Below, piece by piece: positions 40,127-51,573 of a stretch of DNA of 64,000 nucleotides (its first letter is position 1; each line of letters begins with the position of its first letter). This DNA comes from Auanema rhodensis (taxonomy: Eukaryota; Animalia; Nematoda): the NCBI GenBank assembly GCA_964057225.1, contig OZ059900.1:5394001-5458000 (forward strand), given 5' to 3'. The notes beneath the pieces are model-generated. The model searched no databases. It was given only the letters and a program-made list of their open reading frames with translations, and was not told the DNA's origin. A program made the position numbers and the translations under genes.

Positions 40127-42766
40127 TATTAGTCTAAAAACACTATCTTATTGTGTTTGATGCATGGTAGCCAGGACTTCCAATTTTATGTGAACAGTTA
40201 GCTATACCACCTAAGTATCTAAAGAAAGTGATCTTGATTTGTAACTCGGTGCCCGTTAAAGTTAGAAGAATACTGTACATTTTAATGAATTCTCCATGGT
40301 CATATTAGTCTAAAAACACTATCTTATTGTGTTTGATGCATGGTAGCCAGGACTTCCAATTTTATGTGAACAGTTAACTATACCACCTAAGTATCTAAAG
40401 AAAGTGATCTTGATTTGTAACTCGGTGCCCGTTAAAGATAGAAGAATACTGTACATTTTAATAAATTTTCCATGGTCATATTAGTCTAAAAACACTATCT
40501 TATTGTGTTTGATGCATGGTAGCCAGGACTTCCAATTTTATGTGAACAGTTAACTATACCACCTAAGTATCTAAAGAAAGTGATCTTGATTTGTAACTTG
40601 GTGCCCGTTAAAGATAGAAGAATACTGTACATTTTAATAAATTCTCCATGGTCATATTAGTCTAAAAACACTATCTTATTGTGTTTGATGCATGGTAGCC
40701 AGGACTTCCAATTTTATGTGAAGAGTTAACTATACTACCTAAGTATCTAAAGAAAGTGATCTTGATTTGTAACTTGGTGCCCGTTAAAGATAGAAGAATA
40801 CTGTACATTTTAATGAATTCTCCATGGTCATATTAGTCTAGAAACACTATCTTATTGTGTTTGATGCATGGTAGCCAGGACTTCCAATTTTATGTGAAGA
40901 GTTAACTATACTACCTAAGTATCTAAAGAAAGTGATCTTGATTTGTAACTTGGTGCCCGTTAAAGATAGAAGAATACTGTACATTTTAATAAATTCTCCA
41001 TGGTCATATTAGTCTAAAAACACTATCTTATTGTGTTTGATGCATGGTAGCCAGGACTTCCAATTTTATGTGAACAGTTAGCTATACCACCTAAGTATCT
41101 AAAGAAAGTGATCTTGATTTGTAACTCGGTGCCCGTTAAAGTTAGAAGAATACTGTACATTTTAATGAATTCTCCATGGTCATATTAGTCTAAAAACACT
41201 ATCTTATTGTGTTTGATGCATGGTAGCCAGGACTTCCAATTTTATGTGAACAGTTAACTATACCACCTAAGTATCTAAAGAAAGTGATCTTGATTTGTAA
41301 CTCGGTGCCCGTTAAAGATAGAAGAATACTGTACATTTTAATAAATTTTCCATGGTCATATTAGTCTAAAAACACTATCTTATTGTGTTTGATGCATGGT
41401 AGCCAGGACTTCCAATTTTATGTGAACAGTTAACTATACCACCTAAGTATCTAAAGAAAGTGATCTTGATTTGTAACTTGGTGCCCGTTAAAGATAGAAG
41501 AATACTGTACATTTTAATAAATTCTCCATGGTCATATTAGTCTAAAAACACTATCTTATTGTGTTTGATGCATGGTAGCCAGGACTTCCAATTTTATGTG
41601 AAGAGTTAACTATACTACCTAAGTATCTAAAGAAAGTGATCTTGATTTGTAACTTGGTGCCCGTTAAAGATAGAAGAATACTGTACATTTTAATGAATTC
41701 TCCATGGTCATATTAGTCTAGAAACACTATCTTATTGTGTTTGATGCATGGTAGCCAGGACTTCCAATTTTATGTGAAGAGTTAACTATACTACCTAAGT
41801 ATCTAAAGAAAGTGATCTTGATTTGTAACTTGGTGCCCGTTAAAGATAGAAGAATACTGTACATTTTAATAAATTCTCCATGGTCATATTAGTCTAAAAA
41901 CACTATCTTATTGTGTTTGATGCATGGTAGCCAGGACTTCCAATTTTATGTGAACAGTTAGCTATACCACCTAAGTATCTAAAGAAAGTGATCTTGATTT
42001 GTAACTCGGTGCCCGTTAAAGTTAGAAGAATACTGTACATTTTAATGAATTCTCCATGGTCATATTAGTCTAAAAACACTATCTTATTGTGTTTGATGCA
42101 TGGTAGCCAGGACTTCCAATTTTATGTGAACAGTTAACTATACCACCTAAGTATCTAAAGAAAGTGATCTTGATTTGTAACTCGGTGCCCGTTAAAGATA
42201 GAAGAATACTGTACATTTTAATAAATTTTCCATGGTCATATTAGTCTAAAAACACTATCTTATTGTGTTTGATGCATGGTAGCCAGGACTTCCAATTTTA
42301 TGTGAACAGTTAACTATACCACCTAAGTATCTAAAGAAAGTGATCTTGATTTGTAACTTGGTGCCCGTTAAAGATAGAAGAATACTGTACATTTTAATAA
42401 ATTCTCCATGGTCATATTAGTCTAAAAACACTATCTTATTGTGTTTGATGCATGGTAGCCAGGACTTCCAATTTTATGTGAAGAGTTAACTATACCACCT
42501 AAGTATCCGAAGAAAGTGATCTTGATTTGTAACTTGGTGCCCGTTAAAGATAGAAGAATACTGTACATTTTAATGAATTCTCCATGGTCATATTAGTCTA
42601 AAAACACTATCTTATTGTGTTTGATGCATGGTAGCCAGGACTTCCAATTTTATGTGAAGAGTTAACTATACTACCTAAGTATCTAAAGAAAGTGATCTTG
42701 ATTTGTAACTTGGTGCCCGTTAAAGATAGAAGAATACTGTACATTTTAATAAATTCTCCATGGTCA
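40127..42766. repeat. 5-monomer higher-order repeat (880 bp) x~3, third copy imperfect
   Basis: GTTAGCTA at 40201/41081/41961, AAAGTTAG in the same monomers, and TCTAGAAAC at 40841/41721. Confidence 0.9.
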
Positions 42767-43118
42767 TATTAGTCTAAAAACACTATCTTATTGTGTTTGA
42801 TGCATGGTAGCCAGGACTTCCAATTTTATGTGAAGAGTTAACTATACCACCTAAGTATCCGAAGAAAGTGATCTTGATTTGTAACTTGGTGCCCGTTAAA
42901 GATAGAAGAATACTGTACATTTTAATGAATTCTCCATGGTCATATTAGTCTAAAAACACTATCTTATTGTGTTTGATGCATGGTAGCCAGGACTTCCAAT
43001 TTTATGTGAACAGTTAACTATACCACCTAAGTATCTAAAGAAAGTGATCTTGATTTGTAACTCGGTGCCCGTTAAAGATAGAAGAATACTGTACATTTTA
43101 ATGAATTCTCCATGGTCA

Positions 43119-45758
43119 TATTAGTCTAAAAACACTATCTTATTGTGTTTGATGCATGGTAGCCAGGACTTCCAATTTTATGTGAACAGTTAACTATACC
43201 ACCTAAGTATCTAAAGAAAGGGATCTTGATTTGTAACTCGGTGCCCGTTAAAGATAGAAGAATACTGTACATTTTAATGAATTCTCCATGGTCATATTAG
43301 TCTAAAAACACTATCTTATTGTGTTTGATGCATGGTAGCCAGGACTTCCAATTTTATGTGAACAGTTAACTATACCACCTAAGTATCTAAAGAAAGGGAT
43401 CTTGATTTGTAACTCGGTGCCCGTTAAAGATAGAAGAATACTGTACATTTTAATGAATTCTCCATGGTCATATTAGTCTAAAAACACTATCTTATTGTGT
43501 TTGATGCATGGTAGCCAGGACTTCCAATTTTATGTGAAGAGTTAACTATACCACCTAAGTATCCGAAGAAAGTGATCTTGATTTGTAACTTGGTGCCCGT
43601 TAAAGATAGAAGAATACTGTACATTTTAATGAATTCTCCATGGTCATATTAGTCTAAAAACACTATCTTATTGTGTTTGATGCATGGTAGCCAGGACTTC
43701 CAATTTTATGTGAACAGTTAACTATACCACCTAAGTATCTAAAGAAAGGGATCTTGATTTGTAACTCGGTGCCCGTTAAAGATAGAAGAATACTGTACAT
43801 TTTAATGAATTCTCCATGGTCATATTAGTCTAAAAACACTATCTTATTGTGTTTGATGCATGGTAGCCAGGACTTCCAATTTTATGTGAACAGTTAACTA
43901 TACCACCTAAGTATCTAAAGAAAGGGATCTTGATTTGTAACTCGGTGCCCGTTAAAGATAGAAGAATACTGTACATTTTAATGAATTCTCCATGGTCATA
44001 TTAGTCTAAAAACACTATCTTATTGTGTTTGATGCATGGTAGCCAGGACTTCCAATTTTATGTGAACAGTTAACTATACCACCTAAGTATCTAAAGAAAG
44101 GGATCTTGATTTGTAACTCGGTGCCCGTTAAAGATAGAAGAATACTGTACATTTTAATGAATTCTCCATGGTCATATTAGTCTAAAAACACTATCTTATT
44201 GTGTTTGATGCATGGTAGCCAGGACTTCCAATTTTATGTGAAGAGTTAACTATACCACCTAAGTATCCGAAGAAAGTGATCTTGATTTGTAACTTGGTGC
44301 CCGTTAAAGATAGAAGAATACTGTACATTTTAATGAATTCTCCATGGTCATATTAGTCTAAAAACACTATCTTATTGTGTTTGATGCATGGTAGCCAGGA
44401 CTTCCAATTTTATGTGAACAGTTAACTATACCACCTAAGTATCTAAAGAAAGGGATCTTGATTTGTAACTCGGTGCCCGTTAAAGATAGAAGAATACTGT
44501 ACATTTTAATGAATTCTCCATGGTCATATTAGTCTAAAAACACTATCTTATTGTGTTTGATGCATGGTAGCCAGGACTTCCAATTTTATGTGAACAGTTA
44601 ACTATACCACCTAAGTATCTAAAGAAAGGGATCTTGATTTGTAACTCGGTGCCCGTTAAAGATAGAAGAATACTGTACATTTTAATGAATTCTCCATGGT
44701 CATATTAGTCTAAAAACACTATCTTATTGTGTTTGATGCATGGTAGCCAGGACTTCCAATTTTATGTGAAGAGTTAACTATACCACCTAAGTATCCGAAG
44801 AAAGTGATCTTGATTTGTAACTTGGTGCCCGTTAAAGATAGAAGAATACTGTACATTTTAATGAATTCTCCATGGTCATATTAGTCTAAAAACACTATCT
44901 TATTGTGTTTGATGCATGGTAGCCAGGACTTCCAATTTTATGTGAACAGTTAACTATACCACCTAAGTATCTAAAGAAAGGGATCTTGATTTGTAACTCG
45001 GTGCCCGTTAAAGATAGAAGAATACTGTACATTTTAATGAATTCTCCATGGTCATATTAGTCTAAAAACACTATCTTATTGTGTTTGATGCATGGTAGCC
45101 AGGACTTCCAATTTTATGTGAACAGTTAACTATACCACCTAAGTATCTAAAGAAAGGGATCTTGATTTGTAACTCGGTGCCCGTTAAAGATAGAAGAATA
45201 CTGTACATTTTAATGAATTCTCCATGGTCATATTAGTCTAAAAACACTATCTTATTGTGTTTGATGCATGGTAGCCAGGACTTCCAATTTTATGTGAACA
45301 GTTAACTATACCACCTAAGTATCTAAAGAAAGGGATCTTGATTTGTAACTCGGTGCCCGTTAAAGATAGAAGAATACTGTACATTTTAATGAATTCTCCA
45401 TGGTCATATTAGTCTAAAAACACTATCTTATTGTGTTTGATGCATGGTAGCCAGGACTTCCAATTTTATGTGAAGAGTTAACTATACCACCTAAGTATCC
45501 GAAGAAAGTGATCTTGATTTGTAACTTGGTGCCCGTTAAAGATAGAAGAATACTGTACATTTTAATGAATTCTCCATGGTCATATTAGTCTAAAAACACT
45601 ATCTTATTGTGTTTGATGCATGGTAGCCAGGACTTCCAATTTTATGTGAACAGTTAACTATACCACCTAAGTATCTAAAGAAAGGGATCTTGATTTGTAA
45701 CTCGGTGCCCGTTAAAGATAGAAGAATACTGTACATTTTAATGAATTCTCCATGGTCA
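43119..45758. repeat. 7-monomer (3+4 nested) higher-order repeat (1232 bp) x2 in a T103G domain
   Basis: Monomers with AAGGGATC (G) alternate with G69/CCG/T121 monomers (X) as GGX GGGX GGX GGGX G. X monomers start at 43471, 44175, 44703 and 45407. Confidence 0.85.
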
Positions 45759-46814
45759 TATTAGTCTAAAAACACTAACTTAATGGGTTTGATGCATGGT
45801 AACCAAGACTTCCAATTTTATGTGAACAGTTAACTATACCACCTAAGTATCCGAAGAAAGTGATCTTGATTTGTAACTCGGTGCCCGTTAAAGATAGAAA
45901 AATACTGTACATTTTAATGAATACTCCATGGTCATATCAGTCTAAAAACACTATCTTATTGTGTTTGATGCATGGTAGCCAGGACTTCCAATTTTATGTG
46001 AAGAGTTAACTATACCACCTAAGTATCCGAAGAAAGTGATCTTGATTTGTAACTTGGTGCCCGTTAAAGATAAAAGAATACTGTACATTTTAATGAATTC
46101 TCCATGGTCATATTAGTCTAAAAACACTATCTTATTGTGTTTGATGCATGGTAGCCAGGACTTCCAATTTTATGTGAACAGTTAACTATACCACCTAAGT
46201 ATCTAAAGAAAGTGATCTTGATTTGTAACTTGGTGCCCGTTAAAGATAGAAGAATACTGTACATTTTAATAAATTCTCCATGGTCATATTAGTCTAAAAA
46301 CACTATCTTATTGTGTTTGATGCATGGTAGCCAGGACTTCCAATTTTATGTGAACAGTTAACTATACCACCTAAGTATCTAAAGAAAGTGATCTTGATTT
46401 GTAACTCGGTGCCCGTTAAAGATAGAAGAATACTGTACATTTTAATGAATTCTCCATGGTCATATTAGTCTAAAAACACTATCTTATTGTGTTTGATGCA
46501 TGGTAGCCAGGACTTCCAATTTTATGTGAACAGTTAACTACACCACCTAAGTATCTAAAGAAAGTGATCTTGATTTGTAACTTGGTGCCCGTTAAAGATA
46601 GAAGAATACTGTACATTTTAATGAATTCTCCATGGTCATATTAGTCTAAAAACACTATCTTATTGTGTTTGATGCATGGTAGCCAGGACTTCCAATTTTA
46701 TGTGAACAGTTAACTATACTACCTAAGTATCTAAAGAAAGTGATCTTGATTTGTAACTTGGTGCCCGTTAAAGATAGAAGAATACTGTACATTTTAATAA
46801 ATTCTCCATGGTCA

Positions 46815-46831
46815 TAGTCTAGATTAGTCTA
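46815..46831. other. 7-bp insertion (GTCTAGA) at a monomer junction; repair scar or possible transposon excision footprint
   Basis: GTCATA[GTCTAGA]TTAGTCTA versus consensus GTCATATTAGTCTA. The array phase shifts by +7 afterwards. The insertion is directly visible; its origin is inferred. Confidence 0.85.
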
Positions 46832-47701
46832 AAAACACTATCTTATTGTGTTTGATGCATGGTAGCCAGGACTTCCAATTTTATGTGAACAGTTAACTAT
46901 ACCACCTAAGTATCCGAAGAAAGTAATCTTGATTTGTAACTCGGTGCCCGTTAAAGATAGAAAAATACTGTACATTTTAATGAATTCTCCATGGTCATAT
47001 TAGTCTAAAAACACTATCTTATTGTGTTTGATGCATGGTAGCCAGGACTTCCAATTTTATGTGAAGAGTTAACTATACCACCTAAGTATCCGAAGAAAGT
47101 GATCTTGATTTGTAACTTGGTGCCCGTTAAAGATAGAAGAATACTGTACATTTTAATGAATTCTCCATGGTCATATTAGTCTAAAAACACTATCTTATTG
47201 TGTTTGATGCATGGTAGCCAGGACTTCCAATTTTATGTGAACAGTTAACTATACCACCTAAGTATCTAAAGAAAGTGATCTTGATTTGTAACTCGGTGCC
47301 CGTTAAAGATAGAAGAATACTGTACATTTTAATGAATTCTCCATGGTCATATTAGTCTAAAAACACTATCTTATTGTGTTTGATGCATGGTAGCCAGGGC
47401 TTCCAATTTTATGTGAACAGTTAACTATACCACCTAAGTATCTAAAGAAAGGGATCTTGATTTGTAACTCGGTGCCCGTTAAAGATAGAAGAATACTGTA
47501 CATTTTAATGAATTCTCCATGGTCATATTAGTCTAAAAACACTAACTTAATGGGTTTGATACATGGTAACCAAGACTTCCAATTTTATGTGAACAGTTAA
47601 CTATACCACCTAAGTATCTAAAGAAAGTGATCTTGATTTGTAACTCGGTGCCCGTTAAAGATAGAAGAATACTGTACATTTTAATAAATTTTCCATGGCC
47701 A

Positions 47702-50700
47702 TATTAGTCTAAAAACACTATCTTATTGTGTTTGATGCATGGTAGCCAGGACTTCCAATTTTATGTGAACAGTTAACTATACCACCTAAGTATCCGAAGA
47801 AAGTGATCTTGATTTGTAACTCGGTGCCCGTTAAAGATAGAAGAATACTGTACATTTTAATAAATTTTCCATGGCCATATTAGTCTAAAAACACTATCTT
47901 ATTGTGTTTGATGCATGGTAGCCAGGACTTCCAATTTTATGTGAACAGTTAACTATACCACCTAAGTATCTAAAGAAAGTGATCTTGATTTGTAACTCGG
48001 TGCCCGTTAAAGATAGAAGAATACTGTACATTTTAATAAATTTTCCATGGCCATATTAGTCTAAAAACACTATCTTATTGTGTTTGATGCATGGTAGCCA
48101 GGACTTCCAATTTTATGTGAACAGTTAACTATACCACCTAAGTATCCGAAGAAAGTGATCTTGATTTGTAACTCGGTGCCCGTTAAAGATAGAAGAATAC
48201 TGTACATTTTAATAAATTTTCCATGGCCATATTAGTCTAAAAACACTATCTTATTGTGTTTGATGCATGGTAGCCAGGACTTCCAATTTTATGTGAACAG
48301 TTAACTATACCACCTAAGTATCCGAAGAAAGTGATCTTGATTTGTAACTCGGTGCCCGTTAAAGATAGAAGAATACTGTACATTTCAATAAATTTTCCAT
48401 GGCCATATTAGTCTAAAAACACTATCTTATTGTGTTTGATGCATGGTAGCCAGGACTTCCAATTTTATGTGAACAGTTAACTATACCACCTAAGTATCTA
48501 AAGAAAGTGATCTTGATTTGTAACTCGGTGCCCGTTAAAGATAGAAGAATACTGTACATTTTAATAAATTTTCCATGGCCATATTAGTCTAAAAACACTA
48601 TCTTATTGTGTTTGATGCATGGTAGCCAGGACTTCCAATTTTATGTGAACAGTTAACTATACCACCTAAGTATCCGAAGAAAGTGATCTTGATTTGTAAC
48701 TCGGTGCCCGTTAAAGATAGAAGAATACTGTACATTTTAATAAATTTTCCATGGCCATATTAGTCTAAAAACACTATCTTATTGTGTTTGATGCATGGTA
48801 GCCAGGACTTCCAATTTTATGTGAACAGTTAACTATACCACCTAAGTATCCGAAGAAAGTGATCTTGATTTGTAACTCGGTGCCCGTTAAAGATAGAAGA
48901 ATACTGTACATTTTAATAAATTTTCCATGGCCATATTAGTCTAAAAACACTATCTTATTGTGTTTGATGCATGGTAGCCAGGACTTCCAATTTTATGTGA
49001 ACAGTTAACTATACCACCTAAGTATCTAAAGAAAGTGATCTTGATTTGTAACTCGGTGCCCGTTAAAGATAGAAGAATACTGTACATTTTAATAAATTTT
49101 CCATGGCCATATTAGTCTAAAAACACTATCTTATTGTGTTTGATGCATGGTAGCCAGGACTTCCAATTTTATGTGAACAGTTAACTATACCACCTAAGTA
49201 TCCGAAGAAAGTGATCTTGATTTGTAACTCGGTGCCCGTTAAAGATAGAAGAATACTGTACATTTTAATAAATTTTCCATGGCCATATTAGTCTAAAAAC
49301 ACTATCTTATTGTGTTTGATGCATGGTAGCCAGGACTTCCAATTTTATGTGAACAGTTAACTATACCACCTAAGTATCTAAAGAAAGTGATCTTGATTTG
49401 TAACTCGGTGCCCGTTAAAGATAGAAGAATACTGTACATTTTAATAAATTTTCCATGGCCATATTAGTCTAAAAACACTATCTTATTGTGTTTGATGCAT
49501 GGTAGCCAGGACTTCCAATTTTATGTGAACAGTTAACTATACCACCTAAGTATCCGAAGAAAGTGATCTTGATTTGTAACTCGGTGCCCGTTAAAGATAG
49601 AAGAATACTGTACATTTTAATAAATTTTCCATGGCCATATTAGTCTAAAAACACTATCTTATTGTGTTTGATGCATGGTAGCCAGGACTTCCAATTTTAT
49701 GTGAACAGTTAACTATACCACCTAAGTATCCGAAGAAAGTGATCTTGATTTGTAACTCGGTGCCCGTTAAAGATAGAAGAATACTGTACATTTTAATAAA
49801 TTTTCCATGGCCATATTAGTCTAAAAACACTATCTTATTGTGTTTGATGCATGGTAGCCAGGACTTCCAATTTTATGTGAACAGTTAACTATACCACCTA
49901 AGTATCTAAAGAAAGTGATCTTGATTTGTAACTCGGTGCCCGTTAAAGATAGAAGAATACTGTACATTTTAATAAATTTTCCATGGCCATATTAGTCTAA
50001 AAACACTATCTTATTGTGTTTGATGCATGGTAGCCAGGACTTCCAATTTTATGTGAACAGTTAACTATACCACCTAAGTATCCGAAGAAAGTGATCTTGA
50101 TTTGTAACTCGGTGCCCGTTAAAGATAGAAGAATACTGTACATTTTAATAAATTTTCCATGGCCATATTAGTCTAAAAACACTATCTTATTGTGTTTGAT
50201 GCATGGTAGCCAGGACTTCCAATTTTATGTGAACAGTTAACTATACCACCTAAGTATCCGAAGAAAGTGATCTTGATTTGTAACTCGGTGCCCGTTAAAG
50301 ATAGAAGAATACTGTACATTTTAATAAATTTTCCATGGCCATATTAGTCTAAAAACACTATCTTATTGTGTTTGATGCATGGTAGCCAGGACTTCCAATT
50401 TTATGTGAACAGTTAACTATACCACCTAAGTATCTAAAGAAAGTGATCTTGATTTGTAACTCGGTGCCCGTTAAAGATAGAAGAATACTGTACATTTTAA
50501 TAAATTTTCCATGGCCATATTAGTCTAAAAACACTATCTTATTGTGTTTGATGCATGGTAGCCAGGACTTCCAATTTTATGTGAACAGTTAACTATACCA
50601 CCTAAGTATCCGAAGAAAGTGATCTTGATTTGTAACTCGGTGCCCGTTAAAGATAGAAGAATACTGTACATTTTAATAAATTTTCCATGGCCATATTAGT

Positions 50701-51573
50701 CTAAAAACACTATCTTATTGTGTTTGATGCATGGTAGCCAGGACTTCCAATTTTATGTGAACAGTTAACTATACCACCTAAGTATCTAAAGAAAGTGATC
50801 TTGATTTGTAACTCGGTGCCCGTTAAAGATAGAAGAATACTGTACATTTTAATAAATTTTCCATGGCCATATTAGTCTAAAAACACTATCTTATTGTGTT
50901 TGATGCATGGTAGCCAGGACTTCCAATTTTATGTGAACAGTTAACTATACCACCTAAGTATCTAAAGAAAGTGATCTTGATTTGTAACTCGGTGCCCGTT
51001 AAAGATAGAAGAATACTGTACATTTTAATAAATTTTCCATGGCCATATTAGTCTAAAAACACTATCTTATTGTGTTTGATGCATGGTAGCCAGGACTTCC
51101 AATTTTATGTGAACAGTTAACTATACCACCTAAGTATCTAAAGAAAGTGATCTTGATTTGTAACTCGGTGCCCGTTAAAGATAGAAGAATACTGTACATT
51201 TTAATAAATTTTCCATGGCCATATTAGTCTAAAAACACTATCTTATTGTGTTTGATGCATGGTAGCCAGGACTTCCAATTTTATGTGAACAGTTAACTAT
51301 ACCACCTAAGTATCTAAAGAAAGTGATCTTGATTTGTAACTCGGTGCCCGTTAAAGATAGAAGAATACTGTACATTTTAATAAATTTTCCATGGCCATAT
51401 TAGTCTAAAAACACTATCTTATTGTGTTTGATGCATGGTAACCAAGACTTCCAATTTTATGTGAACAGTTAACTATACCACCTAAGTATCCGAAGAAAGT
51501 GATCTTGATTTGTAACTCGGTGCCCGTTAAAGATAGAAGAATACTGTACATTTTAATAAATTTTCCATGGCCA
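47702..51573. repeat. Homogeneous domain of 22 monomers (B type, last one a B/A hybrid) with the AATAAATTTTCCATGGCC haplotype
   Basis: Every monomer has G161A+C166T+T174C. Almost the only other variation is CCG/CTA at 93-95. Confidence 0.9.

Noticed and set aside
47702-51573. CCG/CTA toggling as an information-bearing binary code
   Set aside because: The order is adequately explained by 2- and 3-monomer duplications. Nothing in the sequence supports a coding function.
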